Shown: one piece after another, positions 30,161 to 39,569 of the stretch
Position numbering within the stretch: position 1 is the first letter of the stretch
How the letters are laid out: each line of letters starts with the position of its first letter
Source of the DNA: Dehalococcoidia bacterium
GTDB taxonomy: Bacteria; Chloroflexota; Dehalococcoidia; Lucifugimonadales; UBA3495
Direction of reading: 5' to 3'
DNA length: 58,591 bases
Assembly: GCA_021295965.1 (NCBI GenBank)
Contig: JAGWBI010000012.1
Span: 1-58,591 of the forward strand
Translations under genes and position numbers: made by a program
Notes under the pieces: generated by a model
Told to the model about the DNA's origin: nothing
Seen by the model: only the letters and a program-made list of their open reading frames with translations
Database searches by the model: none

Positions 30161-31693
30161 ATGTTGGCAACCGCTCAAACCTGCGCCGTCATTGGGTTGG
30201 ACGGTCAGATCATCCAGGCGGAAACGGATATTTCCCCGGGCTTGCCCGCGTTTCACATCGTCGGCCTGCCCGACACTGCGGTTCAGGAGGCCAAAGAACG
30301 GGTGCGCGCCGCCGTGAGGAACAGCGGCTGCGAGTTTCCCATGCGGCGCATCACCGTCAACCTGGCGCCGGCCGATTTGAAGAAGGCCGGCCCAGCCTAC
30401 GACCTGCCCATCGCGGCTGGAATCCTGTTCAGCACCAGACAGGCTCCGCCCACTCGTGAACCTGCGATCTTTCTTGGCGAGCTTTCGCTGGACGGCGGCC
30501 TGCGCCATACCGCAGGAATTTTGCCCATGGTGTCAGTGGCGCGGGACCAGGGCGTCCACAGCGTGTACGTGCCGGCGGTGGACGCCGCCGAGGCCGCCCT
30601 CGTAGATGGTATGACCGTCTATCCGGTGGAGACATTGGCGCAATTGGTGTCCCATCTAAATGGCGACGCCGCCATCGCGCCGTTCCCTCATAGTGGGGTG
30701 TATCTCAACGGCAATCGCCGGCAGCCTGACAATACCGACCTTTGCCACATCAGAGGGCAGGAACACGCCAAACGGGCGTTGGAGGTTGCCGCCGCCGGGT
30801 TTCACAACATACTGTTCAGCGGCCCGCCTGGTTCGGGCAAGACCCTGTTGGCCAGAGCCTTGCCGGGCATCCTGCCCTACCTGACCGCTGAGGAAGCGCT
30901 GGATGTCACTAAGATATACAGCGTCAGCGGCAACCTCCCGCCCGACAGCCCGCTTATCGCCCAGCGTCCGTTCCGTGCGCCGCATTACACCATATCCAAC
31001 GCCGGACTAGTGGGTGGGGGCCGGATGCCGCGCCCCGGCGAGATCACGCTGAGCCACCGAGGGGTCCTGTTCCTGGACGAGTTGCCGGAGTTCGGACACG
31101 CCGCCCTGGAGTCGCTGCGGCAACCTCTGGAAGACAAAACGGTAACGATTACGCGGGTCAGCGGTACAGTGACCTACCCGGCCAGTTTCATGCTGGTGGG
31201 CGCAATGAACCCCTGCCCTTGCGGCTACTCCTCTCACCCGCGGAAGGAGTGCGTGTGCAGTCCGTCGGCACTGACACGGTACCAGAGGCGAATCAGCGGG
31301 CCGCTTCTGGAGCGCATCGACATCTTCGTGGAGGTCCCGCCGGTAGAGTACGACAGCCTGTTGGGGCAGGCCGACGCCGAGCCATCGGCAAAGGTCCGTG
31401 ACCGGGTAGTTGCGGCTCGTGGTATCCAGGAAGCACGGTTCGCTGCGAACGGGGACGAACCGGGGATGTCAAATGCGGAAATGTCCGGCTCCAGGATATG
31501 GGAATATTGTGACTTGCAGGACGATGCCTCGGCGCTGCTGCAAAGAGCCTCCCAACAACTGGATTTGTCGGCCCGCGCACTGCACCGTGTGGTCAAGGTG
31601 GCCCGCACCGTGGCCGACCTGGCCGGAGCGGAACGGATCGGTCCGGCGCACCTGGCCGAAGCGCTGCAATACCGCGCTCGCGGGTTGGGTTAG
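30161..31693 (+). CDS. comM: ComM/YifB Mg-chelatase-like AAA+ ATPase
   Basis: GLPDTAVQEAKERV, NLAPADLKK, GPPGSGKT, RPFRAPH, LFLDELPEF, MNPCPCG, ARTVADL. Confidence 0.95.
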   Translation: MLATAQTCAVIGLDGQIIQAETDISPGLPAFHIVGLPDTAVQEAKERVRAAVRNSGCEFPMRRITVNLAPADLKKAGPAYDLPIAAGILFSTRQAPPTREPAIFLGELSLDGGLRHTAGILPMVSVARDQGVHSVYVPAVDAAEAALVDGMTVYPVETLAQLVSHLNGDAAIAPFPHSGVYLNGNRRQPDNTDLCHIRGQEHAKRALEVAAAGFHNILFSGPPGSGKTLLARALPGILPYLTAEEALDVTKIYSVSGNLPPDSPLIAQRPFRAPHYTISNAGLVGGGRMPRPGEITLSHRGVLFLDELPEFGHAALESLRQPLEDKTVTITRVSGTVTYPASFMLVGAMNPCPCGYSSHPRKECVCSPSALTRYQRRISGPLLERIDIFVEVPPVEYDSLLGQADAEPSAKVRDRVVAARGIQEARFAANGDEPGMSNAEMSGSRIWEYCDLQDDASALLQRASQQLDLSARALHRVVKVARTVADLAGAERIGPAHLAEALQYRARGLG

Positions 31694-31751
31694 TTGGCGT
31701 CGGTGTCCGCGCTTGCCAAGTGAGGTCAACGAAACCGGCCCTAAATCGCGT

Positions 31752-32288
31752 TCAGAGCAATGTCGCCTGTCGCCGCTCCATCTCCAACAGACGGGCTTTG
31801 ACGCCCACGCCGCCGGCTCCGTAGCCATGCAGACCACCGTTGCTGCCGACCACCCGATGGCACGGGACTATCAGCGGGAAAGGGTTTTTCGCCATGGCCT
31901 GGCCGGCGGCTCGCGACGCCCGCGAATTGCCGGCGGCGGTTGCCAGCCACTGGTAGGACCGAGTCTCGCCCGGCGGAATAGCGCGGCAGGCACCCCACGC
32001 TGCGCTGAAGAAAGGCGGAGCGGCGGAGAAATCCAGTGGAATGCCGTCCAAAGCCGTCAAGTCGCCCGCGAAGTAGTCGTTGAAGGCGGCCAGGACTTCT
32101 GCGAACTGAGGGGTTTTTTCCTCAGCATTGCCCAGCTCTTCTCCCAGCCCATTCAGGGCGTCTTGCGGCTCGGGTTGCAGGCTCACGCGACGCAAGCCGT
32201 CACGTCCACCCAGCAAGGCGATCCACCCGAAGGGTGTTTCCTGCAAACAGTAGTGCAGCGTCATCTTTTCCCGGTTGACCGCGTTCAT
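31752..32288 (-). CDS. ogt: Methylated-DNA--protein-cysteine methyltransferase
   Basis: IPPGETRSY, RAAGQA, NP...VPCHRVV. Start could also be 32264. Confidence 0.93.
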   Translation of the reverse strand: MNAVNREKMTLHYCLQETPFGWIALLGGRDGLRRVSLQPEPQDALNGLGEELGNAEEKTPQFAEVLAAFNDYFAGDLTALDGIPLDFSAAPPFFSAAWGACRAIPPGETRSYQWLATAAGNSRASRAAGQAMAKNPFPLIVPCHRVVGSNGGLHGYGAGGVGVKARLLEMERRQATLL

Positions 32289-32334
32289 CCGATCACATCT
32301 CAGCAACGGGCATCGGTTTTTGCATTGGCCGGTT

Positions 32335-34872
32335 TCAACCTTCCCGGCGGCGAAGGGCGTACAACGCCAACGGGAAGCGTATGGTTTTCCAGGCTTCGGA
32401 TATGCCGCCGGGATCGGCTGGGTCGGCGGGGCTACGGCCGGAGTAGGTTTGACGAGTGTACGCGTTGACGATGCGTTGGATGGCCGCTTGCTGTTCCGGC
32501 ATGGCGGCGGCTAACCGGTATCCCCATTGGTGGGGTGTCTGGTGCTCGCGCATCGGGAAGGACGCCATCGCTCCCAACCGCTGCAACCGACGATAAGCGA
32601 CAGTCACGTTTCGCGGCGTAGCCAACAGCCAACGCCAAATAACCCATGCCGCCAGAACCAGCAGCAGGGCTGCGGCCCCAAGACCGATCATCCAGGGGAG
32701 CGCGGCACGGACCGTCTCGGTCCACTGGGCAGTGGTCCCGATTGTTGCGGCTAACTCTTCGTCGTCGAACAATGATTCAAAGTCCTCGCATTCCTCTTCA
32801 ATCTCACAGGGCAGGTCACCGGCGTCGGTGCTTCCCCCGGCGGTGGCGCCGGCACGGGCCTTTTCCGGTGGGATGGCTACCGGAATCGCCCTGCCAGGTG
32901 TTGGCTCAAAAGGTATCCAGCCGTAGCCCGGGAAATACACTTCAGTCCACCCGTGACTGTGGTGGTCGGACACCATGTACAGGTTGGAACCGTCGAGGGA
33001 GTGGCCCGTCGTATAGCCGGTGGTCATGCGGCTGGGCACCCCCAAACTACGCATCAAGACAGTCATGGCGGAGCCGAAGTATTCGCTGTAACCCTGGCGG
33101 TTATCAAATAGGAAATAATCCACTCCATCGGCGCCGAAGGGCGGTGGGTCGATGTCCAGGTTATAGACGAAGTTGTTTTTGAGATATTGCTCCACCGCCA
33201 CCGCCTGATCGTAAGGTGTTTCGGCTTCGGCGGTGACGTCGCGGGCCAGCGCTGCCACGCGAGGGGGCATATCCTCAGGGAGTTGGGTGTAACGCGCCCA
33301 CAACCAGGGAGCGTACTCGTCTCCCGCAGCCCGCAGTTGGTCCGGCTCGGCAGAGGACACTGACGAAGTCAGCTGATAAGGGACGTCGGCTTCGGCGCTG
33401 CCGCCGGCGGCGCGGACCGCCAGCACGTCGGGTTCTGCGGGAACGATTTCTCCGATTACGGCGCTGAGGATGCGGCCGGCATCGTCTCGCTCGACGGATT
33501 CAAGCACGAAGGACGTTGGCAGAACCGCCATCACGGAGTCGGATCCGGCATAAGCGTCGGCGGTGACGGTTCCACGAAATCCCTCCACCGCATCCTGGAG
33601 CACGGGTGGCAGACTATCGATGGAACTATCGGGATCGGGGTTGATGACGTACCGGGGCGAGTCGAATGTCTCGACGCGAATATCACGGTTCGCTCCGATT
33701 ACCTGGCCACCGGCGAACAGACTACGACTGTCGTATTTCGGGATGACCTCAAACGTCACGTTGAACCGCTCCTGATATGGGTCAGGAGTGCTGTGCTCGG
33801 GTTTCCAACCCGGTTCCTTGAGTACAGTCCCCTCCGACAGCCAACCCTCGTGGCTGTACGTGGCGTAGGAACGGGCTTTCCAATAGAGCGGCACCGGGGA
33901 GTTGACCTGCAACACGGGGGTGTCGGTGGGGTTGATGGTGCCCTGGAAAGCCATGGTGTCACCCCAAATGCGATAGGGCAGTGGGCGACGGGCCGGCAGT
34001 CCGGCGAAAAGGCGGTTGAAATCTTCCTCCCAATGTACCAGCGGGGAGCGACTGAAGTTGTAAAACGAGTTGGCTGGACCCCATTGGCCACCCACCGGCA
34101 GCAAGAAGGCAATGAGCAGCGCGACGATGGCTACCACCGACGTGTCGCTCACGGTGAGGATACCCAGGTGCCCGTCATAAACCCGCCGCTGCCGATCCCA
34201 GCGCTGCCGGGAACGAATTGATTGCACCCAGCCCACGAGAAGCAAACCAGTGAACAGGTATATGGCGAGATAGATACTGGCGTTGTCGGGAAGGAAGGTA
34301 AGATTGGAAAGCAACCCAACTGCGCCCAGGGCGAACACCCCCCAGAAATTGCGGTAGCGGAAAAATACCCACCCGGCCAGGTAGCCCGACAGCCACGAGG
34401 CGATCAACAGTCCCGTCGCAAAGGGCAATGGGTCAACGCTGATCCCTTCGGTCCGAGCGGCCCAGATCCACAGGCCCAAACGTTCAAAAAACTCCCCCGC
34501 GTTTGCGATTTGCAGTTCGTCCGGGGCAGCGGTGACCATTTGCCAGATCACCACGCCGCCGCCGATAAGCAGACCAAGGGGCAGAACCGCCGCGGTCCAA
34601 AACCGGACGCGGGTGAGGAGCAGCGCGGTCAGGACTGCGATCAGCATGACCAGGACCAACGACGGCGTAGGAGCCCAGTCGGCCACTTCTACCGACCAGA
34701 CCACGATGATCATGTTGAGCGTGAGAAGCCCGGCAGCCACCCAGCCATCGGGCGGGCGCAAGACGACCAGCAAAGCCCACAAGCGGTCCGCCAGGACCTG
34801 CCCGCGCCAAAGGGCGCCAGCATCGGAAGACGGCCTGGTCAGGGTAGGAGCCGGAGATGTTATGGTAGCCAT
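32335..34872 (-). CDS. Membrane transglutaminase-like protein (TgpA/DUF3488 type with DUF4129-like tail)
   Basis: N-terminal TM bundle, YWKARSY, GYSEYFGSAM, HGWTEVYFPGYGWIPFEPTP, C-terminal QTPHQW. Confidence 0.88.
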   Translation of the reverse strand: MATITSPAPTLTRPSSDAGALWRGQVLADRLWALLVVLRPPDGWVAAGLLTLNMIIVVWSVEVADWAPTPSLVLVMLIAVLTALLLTRVRFWTAAVLPLGLLIGGGVVIWQMVTAAPDELQIANAGEFFERLGLWIWAARTEGISVDPLPFATGLLIASWLSGYLAGWVFFRYRNFWGVFALGAVGLLSNLTFLPDNASIYLAIYLFTGLLLVGWVQSIRSRQRWDRQRRVYDGHLGILTVSDTSVVAIVALLIAFLLPVGGQWGPANSFYNFSRSPLVHWEEDFNRLFAGLPARRPLPYRIWGDTMAFQGTINPTDTPVLQVNSPVPLYWKARSYATYSHEGWLSEGTVLKEPGWKPEHSTPDPYQERFNVTFEVIPKYDSRSLFAGGQVIGANRDIRVETFDSPRYVINPDPDSSIDSLPPVLQDAVEGFRGTVTADAYAGSDSVMAVLPTSFVLESVERDDAGRILSAVIGEIVPAEPDVLAVRAAGGSAEADVPYQLTSSVSSAEPDQLRAAGDEYAPWLWARYTQLPEDMPPRVAALARDVTAEAETPYDQAVAVEQYLKNNFVYNLDIDPPPFGADGVDYFLFDNRQGYSEYFGSAMTVLMRSLGVPSRMTTGYTTGHSLDGSNLYMVSDHHSHGWTEVYFPGYGWIPFEPTPGRAIPVAIPPEKARAGATAGGSTDAGDLPCEIEEECEDFESLFDDEELAATIGTTAQWTETVRAALPWMIGLGAAALLLVLAAWVIWRWLLATPRNVTVAYRRLQRLGAMASFPMREHQTPHQWGYRLAAAMPEQQAAIQRIVNAYTRQTYSGRSPADPADPGGISEAWKTIRFPLALYALRRREG

Positions 34873-34897
34873 GGCTTTGGGTTTCTGCGGATCAGCA

Positions 34898-36238
34898 TCA
34901 CGACGCGGCGCCGACCGGGGATGGGGAAGTTTCGTTGGGAGGGCCGCCATCGCCCCCGGCAGTTGCAGGGCCACTGATGCGCGGCGGTCCGGCCGCTACC
35001 GGCCTGGACAAGGCCAGGTTGATGTCTTCGCCACGACGCACCATGTAGAGGGGTATGTCGTGTTGGGTCAAATAATCGGCGGTGATTTGCCCGGTGATAC
35101 CGGGCGAAGCCCCGGCTTCCGCAAGCGGGAAGGAATTGGGGTCAACGTAACAAACCGCCACGTTGATGCCCTGCCGGCGCAAACCCACCAGGGCCGAGGT
35201 CCATTCGGGGCGGCGGGATGATGTAATGACCATCAGCGTGTTGAAACCGGAAAGCTGGGGACGCAAATCGTAGATGAACCGTTCCAACGGCAAATTACCG
35301 TCGGCCCGTATTCCCGCCAGCGTTTCCATCAAGATGCCCAACTGTGCCGGACGGCGGTCCGGCTTGAGCGTCCACAGCTCGCCTGAGTTCGCGGCCAGGC
35401 CCACCGGTACGGCGGTTTCATCCCAGTGTTGCACCAGGGATGCTGCGAGGGTCACGGCCAACTCCTCAGTGTTGTCGGGCGCTTCGCCAAAGTGGGAGCG
35501 TCGCTCCATGTCCAGAAGCACCCAAGCCTGGGCGGAAACGCCGATGTCGAACTCTTTCACCATCAGCCGGTTCATTCTTGCGGTGTACGGCCAGTGAATA
35601 CGGCGCAGGCTGTCGCCATGGGCGTAATCGCGGATGGTGGACGATTCAGGGGTGATGGCCGGAGTTCGCCGGGAAAAAGCGGAGTCGCTGGGCAGGTTGG
35701 CAAACCGGCGATCCAGGTCGGGCAGGGGAACGGTTTGCGGCAGCACCGTGTAGGACTGTTCGTTGAGAAAAGAGCGGGAGATACGGAACAGGCCAAACGG
35801 GTCACGCGCTGTCACGCTAACCCGCCCGGTGCGATAAATCCCCCTACGGGAGAGATAGGTCTCGATACGGAAAGAACGCACTTGACCCTTTACCAAGGCC
35901 ACCGTGCGTCCGCCAGGATTGGCGAGGTCGGTGTCCTCCGTCACTTCCAGCCAGGACTTGGGCAAACGGGAATGGTTTATCAACTGGATCTGCCCCTCCA
36001 GGAATTCTCCGACCCGACCCCGGTTGCCCAGCCGGGTTAGCCGCACGTCCAATCCGCGCAGGTTCAACCAGGCCCAAACGTAGCCGATGCCCACCAATAC
36101 AATCAAAGTGAACAGCAAACGGTAGAAAAACGGGAATCCCGTTCCCAGCGAATAAAACAGCACCACCAGGATCAGCAGGCTGAAGAGAATTTTGCGCCGG
36201 TGCTGGCGAACCAGCGATTTGATCAGGGCTGTATTCAA
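34898..36238 (-). CDS. DUF58 domain protein
   Basis: RDPFGLF, IRDYAHGDSLRRIHW..TAR..LMVKEF. Confidence 0.9.
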   Translation of the reverse strand: MNTALIKSLVRQHRRKILFSLLILVVLFYSLGTGFPFFYRLLFTLIVLVGIGYVWAWLNLRGLDVRLTRLGNRGRVGEFLEGQIQLINHSRLPKSWLEVTEDTDLANPGGRTVALVKGQVRSFRIETYLSRRGIYRTGRVSVTARDPFGLFRISRSFLNEQSYTVLPQTVPLPDLDRRFANLPSDSAFSRRTPAITPESSTIRDYAHGDSLRRIHWPYTARMNRLMVKEFDIGVSAQAWVLLDMERRSHFGEAPDNTEELAVTLAASLVQHWDETAVPVGLAANSGELWTLKPDRRPAQLGILMETLAGIRADGNLPLERFIYDLRPQLSGFNTLMVITSSRRPEWTSALVGLRRQGINVAVCYVDPNSFPLAEAGASPGITGQITADYLTQHDIPLYMVRRGEDINLALSRPVAAGPPRISGPATAGGDGGPPNETSPSPVGAAS

Positions 36239-36239
36239 T

Positions 36240-36512
36240 TCAGTTGGACCAGAATTCGGGGTTGGTGAAGCGCTCGGGAATATCCCCGTTCATTGCGGCG
36301 CGGAATTCGTCAACGCTCATTTGCAGTTGGCCTGCAATGATTGTATCCATGACGTCGGCCTTGATTTCGTTGTTGCCCAAGGACACCCGCGTACGCGGTT
36401 TGAGACCGGGATGAGGGTAGCGCCAGTGGTCATTCCGTGCCGTTTCAACAAATCCCATCCTCAACAACAGACGACGCAAGGCCCGTGGGCGGACATTGGC
36501 ATAACGCGGTAT
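36240..36512 (-). CDS. HicA-like toxin (start uncertain: ATA 36512 or TTG 36479)
   Basis: LRRLLLRMGF...DHWRYPHP...RVSL...IKADVMDTIIAGQLQMSVDEF fits a HicA-like pattern. Confidence 0.55.
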   Translation of the reverse strand: MPRYANVRPRALRRLLLRMGFVETARNDHWRYPHPGLKPRTRVSLGNNEIKADVMDTIIAGQLQMSVDEFRAAMNGDIPERFTNPEFWSN

Positions 36513-36815
36513 TAGACTCCGGTCGGTCCTGGACGGGAATTGATACTTGATGCACTTGGTAGGAAATGCCTTCCGTAGAGAGTTCCTGCATTAGATTGGC
36601 CATTTCAGCGGCAGCTTTCTCGTAGTCGGCCAAGCTTTCGCCGTCTTCCCAAGGGTAGTGGATAACATCGGTCATCGCTGCGGTGATATCCGCCAGAGCT
36701 GCCGCCTCGGTGTCGCCCTGCCCCCAACACCCAAGACGTATGAACCCCAAGCACCATAACAAGTTGACCCGTCAGACAACTCGCCCGGCCAAACCACAAT
36801 GTCAAAGGTGTGCAT
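36445..36815 (-). pseudogene. HicB-like antitoxin, frameshifted around a G5 tract
   Basis: GGAGG-N7-ATG at 36815 (MHTFDIVVW...). One extra G at 36721-36725 would join it to GQGDTEAAALADI. Confidence 0.6.
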
Positions 36816-36840
36816 ACTAGAACCTCCCAACGGTCCTTCC

Positions 36841-37827
36841 TTACCTCGCCCCAGGGACCGGAACGCTGTTCAGCAGTTCTTCGACTACCCGCTCGGGCAG
36901 AACGCCTCTCATGCGGGCAGCAGGCGTTAAAACGATCCGGTGGGCCAGGACGGCGACGGCTAGCTCCTTGATGTCGTCGGGCAGCACGTAGTCGCGGCCT
37001 CGGAGCAGGGCCAGCGCTCGCCCGGTGCGGAAAAGTCCCAGCGACGCTCGGGGCGACGCGCCCAGGGCGGCGTCGGCGTGTTCGCGGGTGGCCTCGGAGA
37101 GCGCGACCAGGTACTCCCGCACCAATCCGTCCACGTACACCTCCTGCGCCGCCTGCTGGAGTGACAGCACGTCGTCCGGCGTCGCCACCGGCTCCAGTTC
37201 CAGGATGGGATGGGAGTGTTCCTGCTGGGCAATGATGGTTATCTCCTCATCAAAGCGTGGGTAGCCGATGCTTACCCGCATCAGGAAACGGTCCAGTTGG
37301 GCTTCAGGCAAGGGGAACGTTCCCTCGTACTCGATGGAGTTCTGGGTTGCGATGACCAGGAAAGGCGGGGGCAGCGGGTGGGTGACGCCGTCCACGGTGA
37401 CCTGCCGTTCCTCCATCGCCTCCAGCAAGGCCGACTGGGTTTTGGGCGTGGCGCGGTTGATTTCGTCGGCCAGTACCAGGTGGGCGGCGACCGGGCCGGA
37501 ACGGAAACTGAACTCCCCGGTGGATTGGTTGTACACGGATACGCCGGTCACATCGCTGGGCAGGAGGTCCGGCGTGAACTGAATGCGGGAGAAGGTACCG
37601 CTAATGGACACCGCGATGGAACGAGCCAGCATGGTTTTGCCCACGCCTGGCACGTCCTCCACCAGGATGTGCCCCTCGGCGACGAGGGCGGCCAGAGCCT
37701 GCTCAATAACGTCGTCCTTGCCCACGATAACCGTGGCGATGTTATCGGCGATGCGACGCGCAACGGTCGCGGCGTCCAGGATCCCCGGGGATACGCCGGC
37801 GGCTGGGGAAATGGCGGTATTTTGCAA
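36841..37827 (-). CDS. moxR: MoxR-family AAA+ ATPase
   Basis: EDVPGVGKT, RIQFTPDLLPSD, DEINRATPKTQSALLE, ATQN, PLPEAQLDRF. TTG start after GAGG. Confidence 0.95.
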   Translation of the reverse strand: MQNTAISPAAGVSPGILDAATVARRIADNIATVIVGKDDVIEQALAALVAEGHILVEDVPGVGKTMLARSIAVSISGTFSRIQFTPDLLPSDVTGVSVYNQSTGEFSFRSGPVAAHLVLADEINRATPKTQSALLEAMEERQVTVDGVTHPLPPPFLVIATQNSIEYEGTFPLPEAQLDRFLMRVSIGYPRFDEEITIIAQQEHSHPILELEPVATPDDVLSLQQAAQEVYVDGLVREYLVALSEATREHADAALGASPRASLGLFRTGRALALLRGRDYVLPDDIKELAVAVLAHRIVLTPAARMRGVLPERVVEELLNSVPVPGAR

Positions 37828-38098
37828 TGTTGGCCTCTTGGGGGGTGGCTTCGTGTTCGGTAATTTTAGCACAGCTAGCCACCGGAAACGGCAAACCCTG
37901 GCCATTGTTCCGGCCCAGCCCGAAATTTCCAGGAACAAGCGATATGGACCCTCGCCAGAGCGGATCGACTTCGGGATTATGTACGTTACCCGACGGCCGG
38001 TGAACCGATAAACGCGACCCATCGGCGCAGGGGTTGACCAACGCCGGCCCGCTCCATCGGGCGAGCCGGCATTTGGCTAGATCAAACGTGAAAGGCGA

Positions 38099-38986
38099 TT
38101 AATGGCCGACCCGGTCCTGGAACTCCCGCTCCGTGGTGGCTGCCTCCACCGCCTGGTACTCCGGCAGGCTGATCAACGCCTCCACCTCGGCGCGACGCGT
38201 CGCCACCTCGGCGGACCCGATGCCGATGTGCCCGGTGTCCCGCAGGCTGGTGTACGCCCGCTGGATACCCTCCACCGCCGCAATGGCTGGCGTGGTCGCG
38301 TAGATGATGACCTTGTAACCAAGTCCCTCGTATTCCTGCACCGTGATGTCGTCGGTGCCGGCGATGACCAGCAGGGGCACGTCGGGCACGCCGGCCCGGA
38401 AGGTGGCCAGGTCCTCCCGCTGCCGCACGCCGCGAGGCATAACCACGTCAACGCCCAGGTCGCGCAGGGCGTTGCCCCGGCGGATGGCGTCGTCCATGTC
38501 GCCCTCGACGGCGGTGAAGGAGTCGGTGCGACCGATGATCAGGAAATCAGGGTCGGAGCGTGCTTCCAACGCATACCGCATCTTTTCCAGAAACTCGTCG
38601 ATGGGGATGACGTGCTCCAACCCGGCGTGGTAGGAGGCCCGCTTGGGAAACACCTGGTCCTCGATGTGTATGCCGCAGATGCCGGCCCGCTCGAAGGTGC
38701 GGACGGTGTGCATCGTATGCACTGGGTCCCCATAGCCGGCGCCGGCGTCGCAGATGACGGGCAGCGGCACCGACTTGGCCACCCGCTGGGCCACATCAAC
38801 CTGCTCGGTCAGCGTCATCAGCGGTTCCGTAACGGCCAGGTGCGCCCCGCTCATGTAACCGCCCACGTAAACGGTGTCAAAACCCAGGGACTGCACCACC
38901 CGGGCGGACATGGGATCATAAGCGCCGGGGGCGACGATGGTTTCGCCAGCAACCAGCCGGCTTTTCAGGTCGGAACGTAGCGTCAT
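38099..38986 (-). CDS. Isocitrate lyase/PEP mutase family protein
   Basis: PGAYDPMSA, CDAGAGYG, HIEDQVFPKR, IGRTD. ATG 38986 follows GGAGG. Confidence 0.9.
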   Translation of the reverse strand: MTLRSDLKSRLVAGETIVAPGAYDPMSARVVQSLGFDTVYVGGYMSGAHLAVTEPLMTLTEQVDVAQRVAKSVPLPVICDAGAGYGDPVHTMHTVRTFERAGICGIHIEDQVFPKRASYHAGLEHVIPIDEFLEKMRYALEARSDPDFLIIGRTDSFTAVEGDMDDAIRRGNALRDLGVDVVMPRGVRQREDLATFRAGVPDVPLLVIAGTDDITVQEYEGLGYKVIIYATTPAIAAVEGIQRAYTSLRDTGHIGIGSAEVATRRAEVEALISLPEYQAVEAATTEREFQDRVGH

Positions 38987-39110
38987 TGGAATCACCTCCG
39001 ATTGCTCAAAGTCTTGTTGCGGATTTTTCGGGGCGAAGCGTACCACATCGTCTCCCACCGGTTTAGCCGAAAGGGTTCCGACAGCGCCAAGGGAGGAAGC
39101 TGGCAACCCT

Positions 39111-39332
39111 TCACTCGAACAACGTCCTGGGCAACCCTGATTGCCGGATGATTGACAGCAGCGTTCCAATCCGTAATTCCCGGTGGTCGGGGACCGGCAC
39201 GGTGATAGTGTTTCCGGCCGCAACCCTTTGCATAACTATGTGGCTGCCTCCCTGTCGCCGGACCTCTGTGAAACCATGCTGCGCCAGTATTCCGCAGGCC
39301 TCCCGGCCCGACAGCACACGCAGCCTAGCCAA
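39111..39332 (-). CDS. hicA: HicA toxin
   Basis: GF..VRRQGGSHIVM...VPVPDHRELRIGTLLSIIRQSGL. Confidence 0.9.
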   Translation of the reverse strand: MARLRVLSGREACGILAQHGFTEVRRQGGSHIVMQRVAAGNTITVPVPDHRELRIGTLLSIIRQSGLPRTLFE

Positions 39333-39549
39333 CCTTAACCTCAACTTGGGTTACGTACACTTCATCGTGCAGGCGGCGCTGAACTTCGTCAGCGGATGCC
39401 GTTTCAAAAAACAGCTTCAACGCCTCTTGCAGGTTGCTGCGAGCCTGGCTCACCGTGTCGCCCTGGCTGGCGATGTCTAATTCGGGGCAAAGAGCGACGT
39501 AGCCGTCGCCCTCCCGTTCTATAATGGCCGTTAACTGCCTGGTCATCAT
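39325..39549 (-). CDS. hicB: HicB antitoxin (short form)
   Basis: IEREGDGYVALCPELDIASQGDTVSQARSNLQEALKLF. Confidence 0.9.
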   Translation of the reverse strand: MMTRQLTAIIEREGDGYVALCPELDIASQGDTVSQARSNLQEALKLFFETASADEVQRRLHDEVYVTQVEVKVG

Positions 39550-39569
39550 CCATCTCCTTGTACGAACTC

